NCBI RefSeq assembly: GCF_006345805.1
Contig: NC_042999.1
Location: 13,454,001 to 13,518,000 of the forward strand
Direction of reading: 5' to 3'
DNA from: Octopus sinensis
Lineage: Eukaryota
DNA: 64,000 nucleotides
Shown: positions 52,036 through 64,000 of the stretch, in pieces
Layout: every line of letters starts with the position of its first letter
How positions within the stretch are numbered: the stretch's first letter is position 1
Position numbers and translations under genes: made by a program
The notes under the pieces: model-generated
Database searches by the model: none
Told to the model about the DNA's origin: nothing
Seen by the model: the letters and a program-made list of their open reading frames with translations, nothing else

Positions 52036-52479
52036 TTGTGTGTGTAATATATATATATATATATATCATATATGTGTGTGTTGTGTCTGTGCATATACAT
52101 ATACATACGTACATACAATGATACATACATACACACATATACATCCATACATACATACATACGTACATACTACATACGTACGTACGTACATACATTCATA
52201 CATACATACCTATATACTCACATACATACATACATACATACATACATGCATACATACATACATACATACATATATACATGCATACATACATACATACATA
52301 CATACATACATACCTACATACATACATACATACATACATACATACGTACGTACGTACATACATACATACATACATACATACATACATACCTACATACATA
52401 CATACATACATACATACATACATACATACATACTATATACATACATACATATTACATGCATACATACATACATACATAC

Positions 52480-52512
<33 letters not shown>

Positions 52513-52590
52513 CATACATACATACATACATACATACATACATACATACCTACATACATACCTACATACATACATACATACATACATACA

Positions 52591-52624
<34 letters not shown>

Positions 52625-52742
52625 CATGCATACATACATACATACATACATACATACATACATACATACATACATACATACCTACCTACATACATACATA
52701 CATACATACCTACATACATATATACATGCATACATACATACA

Positions 52743-52804
<62 letters not shown>

Positions 52805-53281
52805 CATGCATACATATATACATGCATACATACATGCATACATACATACATACATACCTACATACATACATACATACATACATACATACATACATACATA
52901 CATGCATGCGTACATAATACATACATACATACATACACCAATGTAACGAGCAGTATACTTTCCTACTCTCATAGATAATATATGAATAAACTCATAACAC
53001 CAAAACAATAAAGCTAATTATTTAATGCAGCTTGTCATAAATAGTAGTTAGCAGGCTATCAGCTGATAAAGAGGCGCCAGCCTCTTTCTGACCTTCCGAG
53101 TTTTATCAAAGACAAACTGAAAACTGTCTTGACAGTTTACAGCCATTTTTGTTTCCTTTCATTATTAATAGATTCTTTCAATTTCCGTCTATCAAATCCA
53201 TTCACAAGGCATACATGTGTGTGTGTGTGTGCGTGTGCGCATGTCTGTGTGTGCATGTGTGTGTGTTGTGTGTGTGTGTGT

Positions 53282-53318
<37 letters not shown>

Positions 53319-53448
53319 TTCAACAAAATTTTAATTCAGATGAATATGGTACTTAAGTCAAAGGCACTAGAATTTTGTATGGTATTATCCATATAAATTA
53401 AATGGGGTGATTATAATCAAAATAAGCAACAAGTATATCCAAGGTAGA

Positions 53449-53533
53449 GTAGTACAATTGTTTCATGCTACTTCATTTTATTAAACACTGTAAGTATTAC
53501 ATCATTTTTAAATGTCGAGCAATCTTCAGCCAC
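53449..53533 (-). ncRNA. Minimal type I hammerhead ribozyme motif (Penelope-type)
   Basis: gtgg-CUGAAGA-uUGCU..(long loop)..AGCAu-GAA-ACAAUUGU-A-cuac. Stem I gugg/cuac, canonical core, palindromic stem III, GUA cleavage triplet. Confidence 0.7.
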
Positions 53534-53671
53534 ATATAGAAGATTGCTTGACTTTTTAAAACTAATGTAATACTTACAGTGTTTACTAAAATGGAGTAGC
53601 ATGAAACAATTGTACTACTCTACCTTGGATATACTTGTTGCTTATTTTGATTATATATATATGTATATATT

Positions 53672-54050
53672 ATTCGCGAACAATTTGCAGAGATACAGGT
53701 TCTACTAGTTCAAAGCTCGCATACTGGTCTCTAGCAGGCTTACGGGGTCGTCAGGGAAGAACGTGCACCGTTTACGGAGTCTTCCTTTCGACTACATTAA
53801 TACTCACCGGTCCGAACCCCTCGGAGATGAGGTCCCGCTTGCCAGATCAGATCAGTTGGATTAACAGACATGCCTCAAAAAATCTTATAACCATTACTCA
53901 TCGTCTCTTTTTAACCAAATCCAGTGGCTTGCCTACCCCACTGTAGCATGGATATCTCTCATGATGGTATTGGGGTTAAGCCTTGCGACAACAACCATCG
54001 CCGCATACTGTTTCCAATGAATCCTCTACATCCAACTTCGATTGTTCAGG
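53672..54050 (-). mobile_element. 3' fragment of a HERO-like (REL endonuclease) LINE
   Basis: Minus strand TIEVGCRGFIGNSMRRWLLSQGL/(frameshift)NPNTIMRDIHATVG*ASHWIWLKRDD, matching the EVGCRGF...ASxWLWxKR C-terminus of HERO-type elements, followed by about 200 nt of UTR. Confidence 0.75.
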
Positions 54051-54588
54051 TATATATGTACTTATATAAATATACGTGTGTGTTTCTCTGTATGTGTGTG
54101 TGAATTTATAAGCGCACACACATACATAAATGTTTTGCACGGCAAAAGAAAAAATACGTTCGTTAATTCTGACCCGCAATACGTGCAGTATAAACACTAA
54201 CAGTCAATCCTATACACTAACGTAAGATATTTATAACAAGCAAATTTGCTATAAAGATATAAACCTAGATAAACCCCCAAACCACCATCGAATTTTTTCT
54301 GTTGTAAGACTAACATTGTCTCGGAAAGTCATAAAAGGACTTGGTTTTTGTTGGTTTAACACGCATGCGTGTGTTTGTTTATATGAAAGTATGTGAAATC
54401 GTGTGGTAAGCACACATTGTATGATACATAATGAGGACATGTGGAACAAAAGGAAGTGAAGAATGTGCATTCGTGAAAGTTATGAGAGACGTGAATGTAA
54501 GGGTTTTGCAAATAGAAATAGATACATACATACATACATTTATTTATGTAAGTTTATATATATATGAAGATAGATAGAAATATATATG

Positions 54589-54634
<46 letters not shown>

Positions 54635-55056
54635 CATACATACATACATACATACATACATACATACATACATACATACATACATACATAATAGTACCTA
54701 TATATATATATATATTTGCCATGATAGATCGCTAGCCACTACACGTTCTTTCTTTTATCTCCTTGTTTCTTTCTGTGTTCCTTTCAGTGGAAGAGCGTAG
54801 GCTCGAAACGTTAAAGACCTTTCAACTTCCCGAGCGTTAAATTGATACATCTGTTTGTTTTGTACACCACCTGCCTTTGTCTTTCGTTTTCTTTTGTGAA
54901 TTCTACCTACATATATATATATATATAATTCTATTTATTTGTGCAGCTGATGATAGCCCTGCATTTAAATTGATGCAATGACTGCATTGTTCAATTAAAT
55001 GGATCCGCTTGCAACAGTCGTACTGCATCACTACTTGATATCCGTTGCTTTGTTGC

Positions 55057-55102
<46 letters not shown>

Positions 55103-55146
55103 CATTATTATTATTATTATTATCATTATTATTATTATTATTATTA

Positions 55147-55187
<41 letters not shown>

Positions 55188-56213
55188 TCAAAATGTGACT
55201 TCGTGTGTATCGTTGGCGATTTTTTTCCTCTGGTTTCCCTTCTCTGGATCTTTCCTTCTCCTATGTTTTCGACGAAGAGCTCCGCTCGAAATGTTAAACC
55301 CTCCTTCTTTCCTTCTTCCCTGAGCGTCCAATAATACTATATTTGTTCCACGTCCTCGCGTTGTTGTGTTTTTTTGTGCTTTCTTGTTTGGATTAACTAT
55401 ATATATATGCATTTGTAGTGAAGGTGCATGGTTTAGTGGCTAAGGTGTAGTACTTACGGTCCCTAGATCGTGATTTCAAATCCTATACTGGGTGATGCGC
55501 TGTGTTCTTGAGCAAAACACTTCATCTCACGCTGCTCTGCTATCACTTCGACACCTGACATGCAGCACACCGTGGACCTATTCAGCCTACTCATTTTCCC
55601 CCGCTGAGTGGACTGGAGTGACGTGAAATATTGTCTTGCTCAAGAGCACAACGCGCTACCAAGAATCGAACTCACGACCTTGTGATCATGAATCGAATAT
55701 CCTAACCACTCACAGGTACTCAGTTTGAGGTGCACGCTTCCCTACAGCCGAAACAGCTGTAAGCCAATGAAGGTGACTGCGTGACTCCAGTTCTTTGACC
55801 AATGTAAATATATGCTTGTGTAAGAATGTGTATGTGTGTGAGTGTGTTTTCGAATGAAAACTACAGAACAAGAGTGGTGGTGAGGGGGTGGAAACAAGAA
55901 AAAAAATAGCGGCGGGTTAAGAAATGGAAGACGATCATTGCAGAATGATGGTGGTGTCTGGAAAAGAGATTAAACACATGAATAAATGGAGTTCTCGACC
56001 ATTTTTTGCATACGGTCTACTTTGATTCTTATTTTGTTCTACTGGACCCCTATCTTAAAAAGAAGAAGCTTGCTTCCCAACCACATGGTTTCGAGTTCAG
56101 TCTCACTGCATAGCACCTTGGGAAGGTGTCTTCTACTATAGCTTCGGACCGACCAAAGCCTTGTGAGTGGATTTGTGAGACGGAAACTGATAGATAGATA
56201 GACACACACACCC

Positions 56214-56253
<40 letters not shown>

Positions 56254-56963
56254 TATATATATACATACCGATAGAATAAGTACTAGGCCTACAAAGAATA
56301 AGTCCTGCAGTCGATATAAAAGAGTAAAAGAATAAATATTATTGGGAATTAATTTTGAAAAATTGTTAAAATTCTTTGTGCATTATAGAAGTATGGTCAA
56401 TGTATTGCTCATAAATCTTTAACAATAAAATCTTAGATGGACCACCAAGGGTTTTTAGGGACCCTGGTTGAGGGCCATTGTTTTAGAGGTTCCGACATAG
56501 TTTCAGTAACTTCGCAAAAACCAGTTGCATCACACATATACACTCACGCAAACGAGTAAATAAATAAACTGATGACGTAACGAGATACGATGGCTAAGGG
56601 GATTTTCAATTTTATTTTTTCTTCTTTTCCACAAGCTTAGACATCGATGTAACATGATATCCGTTGGGTTTACTGGCGCCTACAGTAACCTTTTTTTATC
56701 TTTTCATCCTTTACACGTTTCAGTCATTAGACTGCGGCCATGCTGGGGCACCGCCTTGAGGAATTTTAGTTGAACCCAGTACTTTTACTTTTTAATCCTG
56801 GTACATATTTCCTCATTTCCTTTTGCCGAACCGCTAAGTTAAGGGGACGTAAACACACCAACAGCGGTTGTCAAGTAGTGGTAGCGAGAAAACACAGGCC
56901 CAAAGACAATCACACGCCCATAAAACACACAGACACGCACACAGAAACTGAAGGAAGCCTGTC

Positions 56964-57025
<62 letters not shown>

Positions 57026-57825
57026 AACGGTAGTTTCTGTCTACCAAATCCTCTCAAATGGCTTTGGTCAGCTCGAGGCTAGAGTAGAAGACACTTGCCC
57101 AAAGTGCCACACAGTGGGACTGAACCCGGAACCATGTGGTTCATAAGCAAGCTACTTACCACACAGCCACTCCTGCACCTATGACCAGGGCCACAAAGTG
57201 TGAGTTTGTAACAGAGAAAATGAGGGAAAAAATGGAAGTGACTGAGTGAAAAACTGAAAACGTGTAAGCGGGAAAAGTGCTAGAGAAAGAAAAAAGAAAA
57301 AGAAATAATATTCGAGGAAGAAGGATGCTATTCAAGGAGATAACCTAAGTTCTATGAGTGAGAGAGAAAGAGAAAGAGAATGTGGTGGCGAAGAATTGAG
57401 GTGAATATCACGATCTTTAGAAAGAACTGTAGTGTTTACGCATCAGACAGAAGGGGAAAAAACAAACAAGCTAACAAGCATTTTCTGATATAATCAAAGT
57501 AGCTGATAAGAGCATAGAATGGAGAGAACAAGAGAAGATGACTCAAAGAAAGAAATTGTGAGAGGCAAGAAAGACGAGGAGAACGTAATGTATCGAAGTG
57601 TCACACACACTACCGCAAACATATATAGATATATACGCACGTATATAATAGTTAATGCGTGTGGCGTGTGTGTGCCTAGCTTGAAATGGAAATTTTCCTG
57701 TTCTTGGTCGTAGTGATCTCCTGCGGGGAGATCAAATAATAATAAAATAGATAAAGTAGCTAATTAAATAAGGTGCGAATGAGAAGTAAGATAGTCGTTG
57801 CAAATATATATATATATATATATAC

Positions 57826-57858
<33 letters not shown>

Positions 57859-57859
57859 A

Positions 57860-57907
<48 letters not shown>

Positions 57908-58365
57908 TCAATATACTGCGGTTAACCCCGGATCAACCCGGGACCTACATATATATATATATATATATATATATAGGAGTGATTTTGTGGTAAGTAGCTT
58001 GCTTACAAACCACATGGTTCTGGGTTCAGTCCCACTGCGTGGCACCTTGGGCCAGTGTCTTCTACTATAGCTTCGAGCCGACCAGTGTCTTGTGAGTGAA
58101 TTTGGAAGACGGAAACTGAAAGAAGCCCGTCGTATATATGTATATATATATATGTGTGTTTGTGTGTGTGTGTGTATTTGTGTGTCTGTGTTTATCCCTC
58201 CAACATCGCTTGACAACCGATGCTTGTGTTTACGTACCCATAACTTAGCGGTTGCTTAGCAAAAGAGACCGATAGAAAAAGTACTAGGCTTGCTCGACTA
58301 AAGGTGGTGCTCCAGCATGGCCACAGTCACATGACTGAAACAAGTAAAAGAGATATGTGTGTGTG

Positions 58366-58399
<34 letters not shown>

Positions 58400-58597
58400 C
58401 AATTAATGTATTGAATTTTTCTATGATTTAATTTCTTTAAATTATTTGTTTCTATGATTGAGGTGGTTACATAACACTTTTACCTCATTTTGGACCTTAT
58501 TTTGTTAATATATATATATATAATTCAAAGAAATTCCAACTCTGTTTTTTTATGTTTTATTTATATTCTTTATAATATTAATGTAGAATATAGAATA

Positions 58598-59102
58598 TCT
58601 ATATATATAAAACTCTAGTTGTGTGAGTGTCTGTCCCCTTCGATTTAGATTCCTAACTCCTCCCACATTTTGCGGTGCAGTTTAACCAAATTCGGGTATC
58701 TTATAGTCGTGATTCATATCGAGCCCGTCTGACTATTAGCGCGCGTCAACGATGAGTCTACGATTTTAAAAATAATTTAACATCATTTTTTATTCCATTT
58801 TAATGCATAAAATGCATCGTATGTCGATGGAGGCGGAGTTGGCGTCCACGCTCACAGCTGCACCTGTTTGCTTCTCCCCCTTCCCTCCCTCGTGAAGCTG
58901 TGGGGAAGGGAGTGTAAAGAAATCAACGTCGTAATGCGTTGTGAAGGAACCAGCGTTCTTTTAGAACAACGACTTCATGGCTTGAAGACACCAAAACAAA
59001 AATGGCTAAGAAAGCCCGAATTTATAAGGGAAGTAACTCTCTAAAAATGCTTATATAGTTATTTCCCTTACAAACCCGAGCAACGCCGGGCGATACTGCT
59101 AG
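58598..59102 (+). mobile_element. Non-autonomous Helitron
   Basis: A|TCTATATATATAAAA ... CCCGAGCAACGCCGGGCGATACTGCTAG|T. Confidence 0.85.
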
Positions 59103-59424
59103 TATAATATAAATAGTATATATAGTAAAATGAAATGAAGTATTGAATGTCTTATTGAATAGATGAACTATTGAATATCAAATATTTTTATTTATATATA
59201 TCAATATATATATATATAATTGTTTTTCCCGTTTTCGTTTCGTCTTGTTCCACGTCTCTGTCCTTCTGTTGTAACAAAATGGCTTTTCCGTTTTCGTTTC
59301 TGTTGATTTTTACGTCTTCTTGTGGTGTCCTGTACGTATATATATTTGTATATGCATCTATATATACATGTAGATGTCGGTACGTACATATATGTTTGTA
59401 TGTATGCATATATTTTATTTATTA

Positions 59425-59512
<88 letters not shown>

Positions 59513-61690
59513 TGTACACGCACACGCGTTCGCGCGCACACCTACACACACACACACACACCTACACACACCTACACACACACACACATATATATATATT
59601 GGGGATACAGAAGAGCAGCTCCTGGTTCTAAGAAAAGCATCCGCCCCCTCAGTTTCCAAAATAGATTAGATGCATCAAGATATAACGCAGGTTTTCTTGA
59701 CAGTTGATGTCAAGAGATGCAAGGAGCTGATGCACCACGTTCTTCCTATTTCTTCATTTCTACATTCCACGCGCCGACGAGGCGGTCTCTACGTGACCAC
59801 TAGATCGGTTACAAATAACAGCCAAATATCCCTCAAATCTCACCCGCGCCTTCTTCTTAAGAATGGGACAGAAACTTTGGATAAATTTACTGCATATTTA
59901 TTTATGTTGGAATATGATCTGCTCATCTACTGACTTGAGGTTAAACAATAAATAATTTCTGTTAGAAATGGTAGCTAAATTTCCCTCACTTTCTTATGGA
60001 AGGAGCAGTTACATTGGATATTGGGACAATGTTATTCAATGTCTCTACAAATTCCTGAAAAAGGCGGCTAGAATGATTTTGGTCGTGATTCTGCTCATTA
60101 GCCGACTTGGAACTAAATAACGACGACTGCTAGAAATGGCTGCCAAATTTCCCTAAAATCACGTCCCACTAAGGAGGAGCAATAAGCACATTGGATAATG
60201 TCACTATATTATACAAGGAGTCTTCGTGGCTTAGTGGTTAGGGGTTTTCGGCTCACGATCGTAAAGCCGTGAGCTCAATATTCCCGGTGGTGCGTTGTGT
60301 CCTTGAGCAAGACACTTTATTTCACGTTACTCCATTCCATTCAGCCTCAAAGATATTCGTATCAGGGCAAGAACAACTTCTAAACTAATGAAGTAATAAG
60401 TGGAAAAGGGAAGAATATGTTACGGAGAAAATCATTTCCCAAACGAACTAAGTTTGAAATGGTCGAATGAGCAAAGTTTGTGTTAAAATGACTGAGTTTT
60501 CTAATGGTTTATTGAATCATATTTAACTGTTTCTTTACTTTTAAATTATTATGTACAATAAATAAAGACGGTAGTTGAAATGTCGCAAAAAAAGAATCAC
60601 CAGACGGCTTTTGCAGAGCGACCCAACTGGCAAGAGACTTACAGATAAACCCTAAAGTTAGAGATAGACCATGAACGAGATGGATCGATAATAAGCATAG
60701 TTTCAGCTGGTCACGGTTGAGAACCCAGCTGTAGAGTATAATGGCGGTTACTTCTTATAGGACCCTATATGGAGAAGGTGCCTAAGAACTCTACCCACCA
60801 CGCGTCTTCCAGGAATAGTGGGCGACGAAAATGGTTGAATGGGTCGATAAATAGAAGGAATGAGTTGTGGGGCGGGGGGATGCAAGATGTGTATCCTTAA
60901 AATCTGTTCTTCTTTACCAAAAACCTCCGACAGCAGCGAAAATAGGACAAGAACCTATTCTGAAAGGTTACAAAAACATATAAATTGGTGCAGAAGCACT
61001 ACAACAGTAGTAACCAGCGAACAAAGCTTCATTTAAGACGATAAACCTTGGCCGAAAATAACTTACTAAAACAGCAGTTTTAACTAAGAGATGTGTTTCC
61101 ACCTTTTACATCTAAATATGTTGTTTTCCTCCGTATACAAAATCTATGTCTATCTATACAAAACTGCCAATTAGCCTTGGCAGTTCATTAACGTCCGGTA
61201 GCTTTTGAACTTAAGTTCTGGCTATTTGTTATGGTATGGATAATAGATTTTTTTCATTTTATGTAATATCGTATGTAAATACTTCCTTTCATCCTTTTGG
61301 CTTTATCGACAGTCAAAATCGTTTCTAGTGGTGTAGAACAAATGATAATGTTTAGTGTAGCATAAAATGAGGTCCTAAATTGCGGTGAAATAGCCGTAAC
61401 AACACAAAGTGTTATGTAACCGCCTCAACCGTAGAAACGAATAGTTTAAAGAAATTAAGTCATCAGAAAAATTCAATACATTAGTCGTATTTTTTTATTT
61501 TGTAAACAGTAAACATAAAAAGCAGGCACCGCATCTTCAGGGTTAATTTCTCTCTTTCTCTTTCCTTCTGTGTGTATATATATAATATATATATATTATA
61601 TATATATATATATAACGTATCTTGAATGCACAACAATGCAGAGTGGACTATAATAACTGTTATAATTTAATTATCCATAATCTACTTTCG

Positions 61691-61747
<57 letters not shown>

Positions 61748-61839
61748 TGTGTGCGTGCGTGTGTGTGTGTGTGTGTGTGTGTGCGTGCGTGTGTGTGTGT
61801 GTGTGTGTGTGTGCGTGCGTGTGTGTAGTGAGAATCCCC

Positions 61840-62005
61840 CCCTCCCACCCAAGAAAAAACAAAAGACGGAGACGGGTGTGTAAACAACAAACAAATGTAT
61901 TAGTTTAACGCTCGGGAAGTGAGAAAGTCTTTAACGTTTCGAGCCTACGCTCTTCGACAGAAAGGAACACAGAAATAAACAGGGAGAGAAAATATAAAAA
62001 AAGTT
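61840..62005 (-). repeat. Penelope-type terminal repeat family with a hammerhead-like motif
   Basis: cuuu-CUGUCGA-A-GAGC-GUAG-GCUC-GAA-ACGU-U-aaag. Further copies at about 2562-2690(-), 48683-48850(-), 54735-54900(+); related family at 55200-55390(+). Confidence 0.65.
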
Positions 62006-62062
62006 TAGTGGCTAACGATCTATGGGGGGTGTACATATATATATATATATATATATGTGTGT

Positions 62063-62098
<36 letters not shown>

Positions 62099-62465
62099 AA
62101 TATATATATATATATAGAGAGAGAGAGAGGGGAAGAGGCAGAGTTAGTACCAAAAGGGTATGTTTATCGCTGCCTAAAAGTGGTTATTGAGTTAGAACAC
62201 AGAATACTCTGATGTACACATGCATACATACATACATACATACATACATACATACATGCATACATGCATACATGCATACATACATACATGGATACATACA
62301 TACATACATACATACATACATACATACATGCATACATGCATACATACATACATACATACATACATACATACATACATGCATACATGCATACATACATACA
62401 TGCATACATACATACATACATACATACATACATACATACATACATACATACATACATGCATACAT

Positions 62466-63165
62466 TCACAATATTATCCACCGATGAGACAGGACGTTGG
62501 ATTTAGGATACTCTATAATGAAATCCGTCGGAAGGATAATCCTGAGGACAAAGAAATAAAAACCCACAATATGGTAGAGGCCATAGCCACTCATAATAAA
62601 AAGGAATACTGGTGGAATGTATCAGTGAAGACCTCAATAAAATGTAAGCACAATGGACCTGATATAATGATTTGGGATAGAGAAGAGAAACTGTGCACAG
62701 TTGTGGAAATTAGCTTCCCAGCGACTGTTAGTATAAAGCTGAAGATCAGTGAAAAAGAGAATACCTATGCTGAACCATTGAGAAATCTGAAGTTACTCTA
62801 TCCAGATTACAAGTTCAGTTTTATACTTGTAACTATTGGGACCCTGGGATTTGTAACACACTGCCTAAATACCAATCTTGAGAAATTAGGTTTCTCAAAC
62901 CCAGGAAAGAGAAAGCTAATTTGAAGACTACAAATCCAATCCATCACTGGAACTGTAAAAGTCAATAAAACTTTCCAGAAGTTTATCTTTAAATATATAT
63001 GAGCATGTCTAGATATGTAACTATATGCAAGAGAATACATACATAAAATATACAAATCTGCACATACATACATACAAAAATACCCTGTTGTTGATGTTGA
63101 AATTCCAATGAAGAGACCGGTTCTTTCTCTATTAGCAAGAAATTTTGATATAAACTGAATAATGA
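62466..63165 (+). mobile_element. 5'-truncated R4/Dong-like (restriction-like endonuclease) LINE in a (CATA)n array
   Basis: YYPPMRQD...KHNGPDIMIWDREEKLCTVVEISFP...SEKENTY...VTIGTLG...LQIQSITGTVKVNKTFQKF: RHD-like and PD-(D/E)xK REL motifs, then a 3' UTR ending AATAATGA|TATACATAC. Confidence 0.85.
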
Positions 63166-63641
63166 TATACATACATACACACACATACACACACACGCGC
63201 GCGCGCGCACGCACACACATACACACATATACACACATATACAAAGTGGAGTTATAAATAAGACGAAATAAAACGTCTTTACCTTGAAACAATCTCTTTA
63301 TGTTTTCTTTGCAATTATCGTTTCTGAATCAACTGCTGCTAACCAAAGATTCTTTGGTGTATGCTCTGGTAAAACGAGCGAAATTGTTGATTTTATATAA
63401 AGCAAATATCGGTTAAGTACGTGTAGTGTTGTGGGGTTTTATATTTTGCTAAAAGAAAAAAATTACAATATTTTTCTTTAATGTACCATTAGTAATATAT
63501 AAAATGATACGAATAATGAATATTTTTACTGAGGGCTGTGCGTGTGGTAGGTGTGTGTATGTGTGTGCGTGCGTGTGTGTGTGCTCGTGCATGTGTGTAT
63601 TTGTGTGTAATATAATGAAATATAATGTATGTATGTATGTA

Positions 63642-63672
<31 letters not shown>

Positions 63673-64000
63673 ATGTATGTGTGTATGTATGTATGTATGT
63701 GTGTATGTGTGTGTGTATGTATGTATGTATGTATGTATGTATGTATATGAAGTGCTTTATAGAATTTGATGATGATTATGTTTTGAAATTGTTTAGTATA
63801 TGGCCGGTGATATGCTGCGAAAATGCTAACTAATAAACCTGAGTTATTCTGTAAATACCGACATTTCGAGAAGGGCTTTCATAGCAATCTAGAAAGCACA
63901 AGATTTTTCTCATGAAGTGATTATTCCTCCAATCTGCTCCATAAATAAAAACCTAAATTTGTTCAACAGCCAATCTTTCAATATAGATAAAATATAATAT

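Noticed and set aside
53635-53946. 103-aa + strand ORF
   Set aside because: Antisense of the HERO-like LINE 3' end and UTR, and it starts in a (TA)-rich tract.
55718-55763. GAAACAGCTGTA, a palindromic hammerhead 3' half
   Set aside because: No recognisable CUGANGA upstream; too degenerate to call.

Overview
This is AT-rich, microsatellite-saturated animal DNA. The SINE families and repeat landscape look octopod-cephalopod; that is an inference from pattern, not a database result. Nearly all ORFs in the supplied track are translations of (TA)n, (CA)n, (CATA)n, (TAA)n or (TAG)n arrays and are not genes. One real protein-coding gene is visible in part: six + strand exons (29193-45790) join in frame into a coiled-coil protein I cannot name, and neither its start nor its stop was found. 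The rest is transposon debris: three tRNA-derived SINE families; CR1, RTE, R4/Dong-like and HERO-like LINE fragments; mariner remnants; hAT and Merlin-like MITEs; non-autonomous Helitrons; and many Penelope-type terminal repeats. Four observations stand out. (1) A U6 snRNA-SINE chimera inserted as one unit inside a 16-17 bp target-site duplication, with an inverted U6 5' end. (2) Fold-back repeats whose apex sits just upstream of a hammerhead-ribozyme core, some with non-canonical cores. (3) Retroelements sitting in specific microsatellites, (TACA)n versus (TAA)n. (4) A tandemly duplicated coiled-coil exon. All coordinates and alignments were read by eye; repeat ends are approximate unless a TSD defines them.
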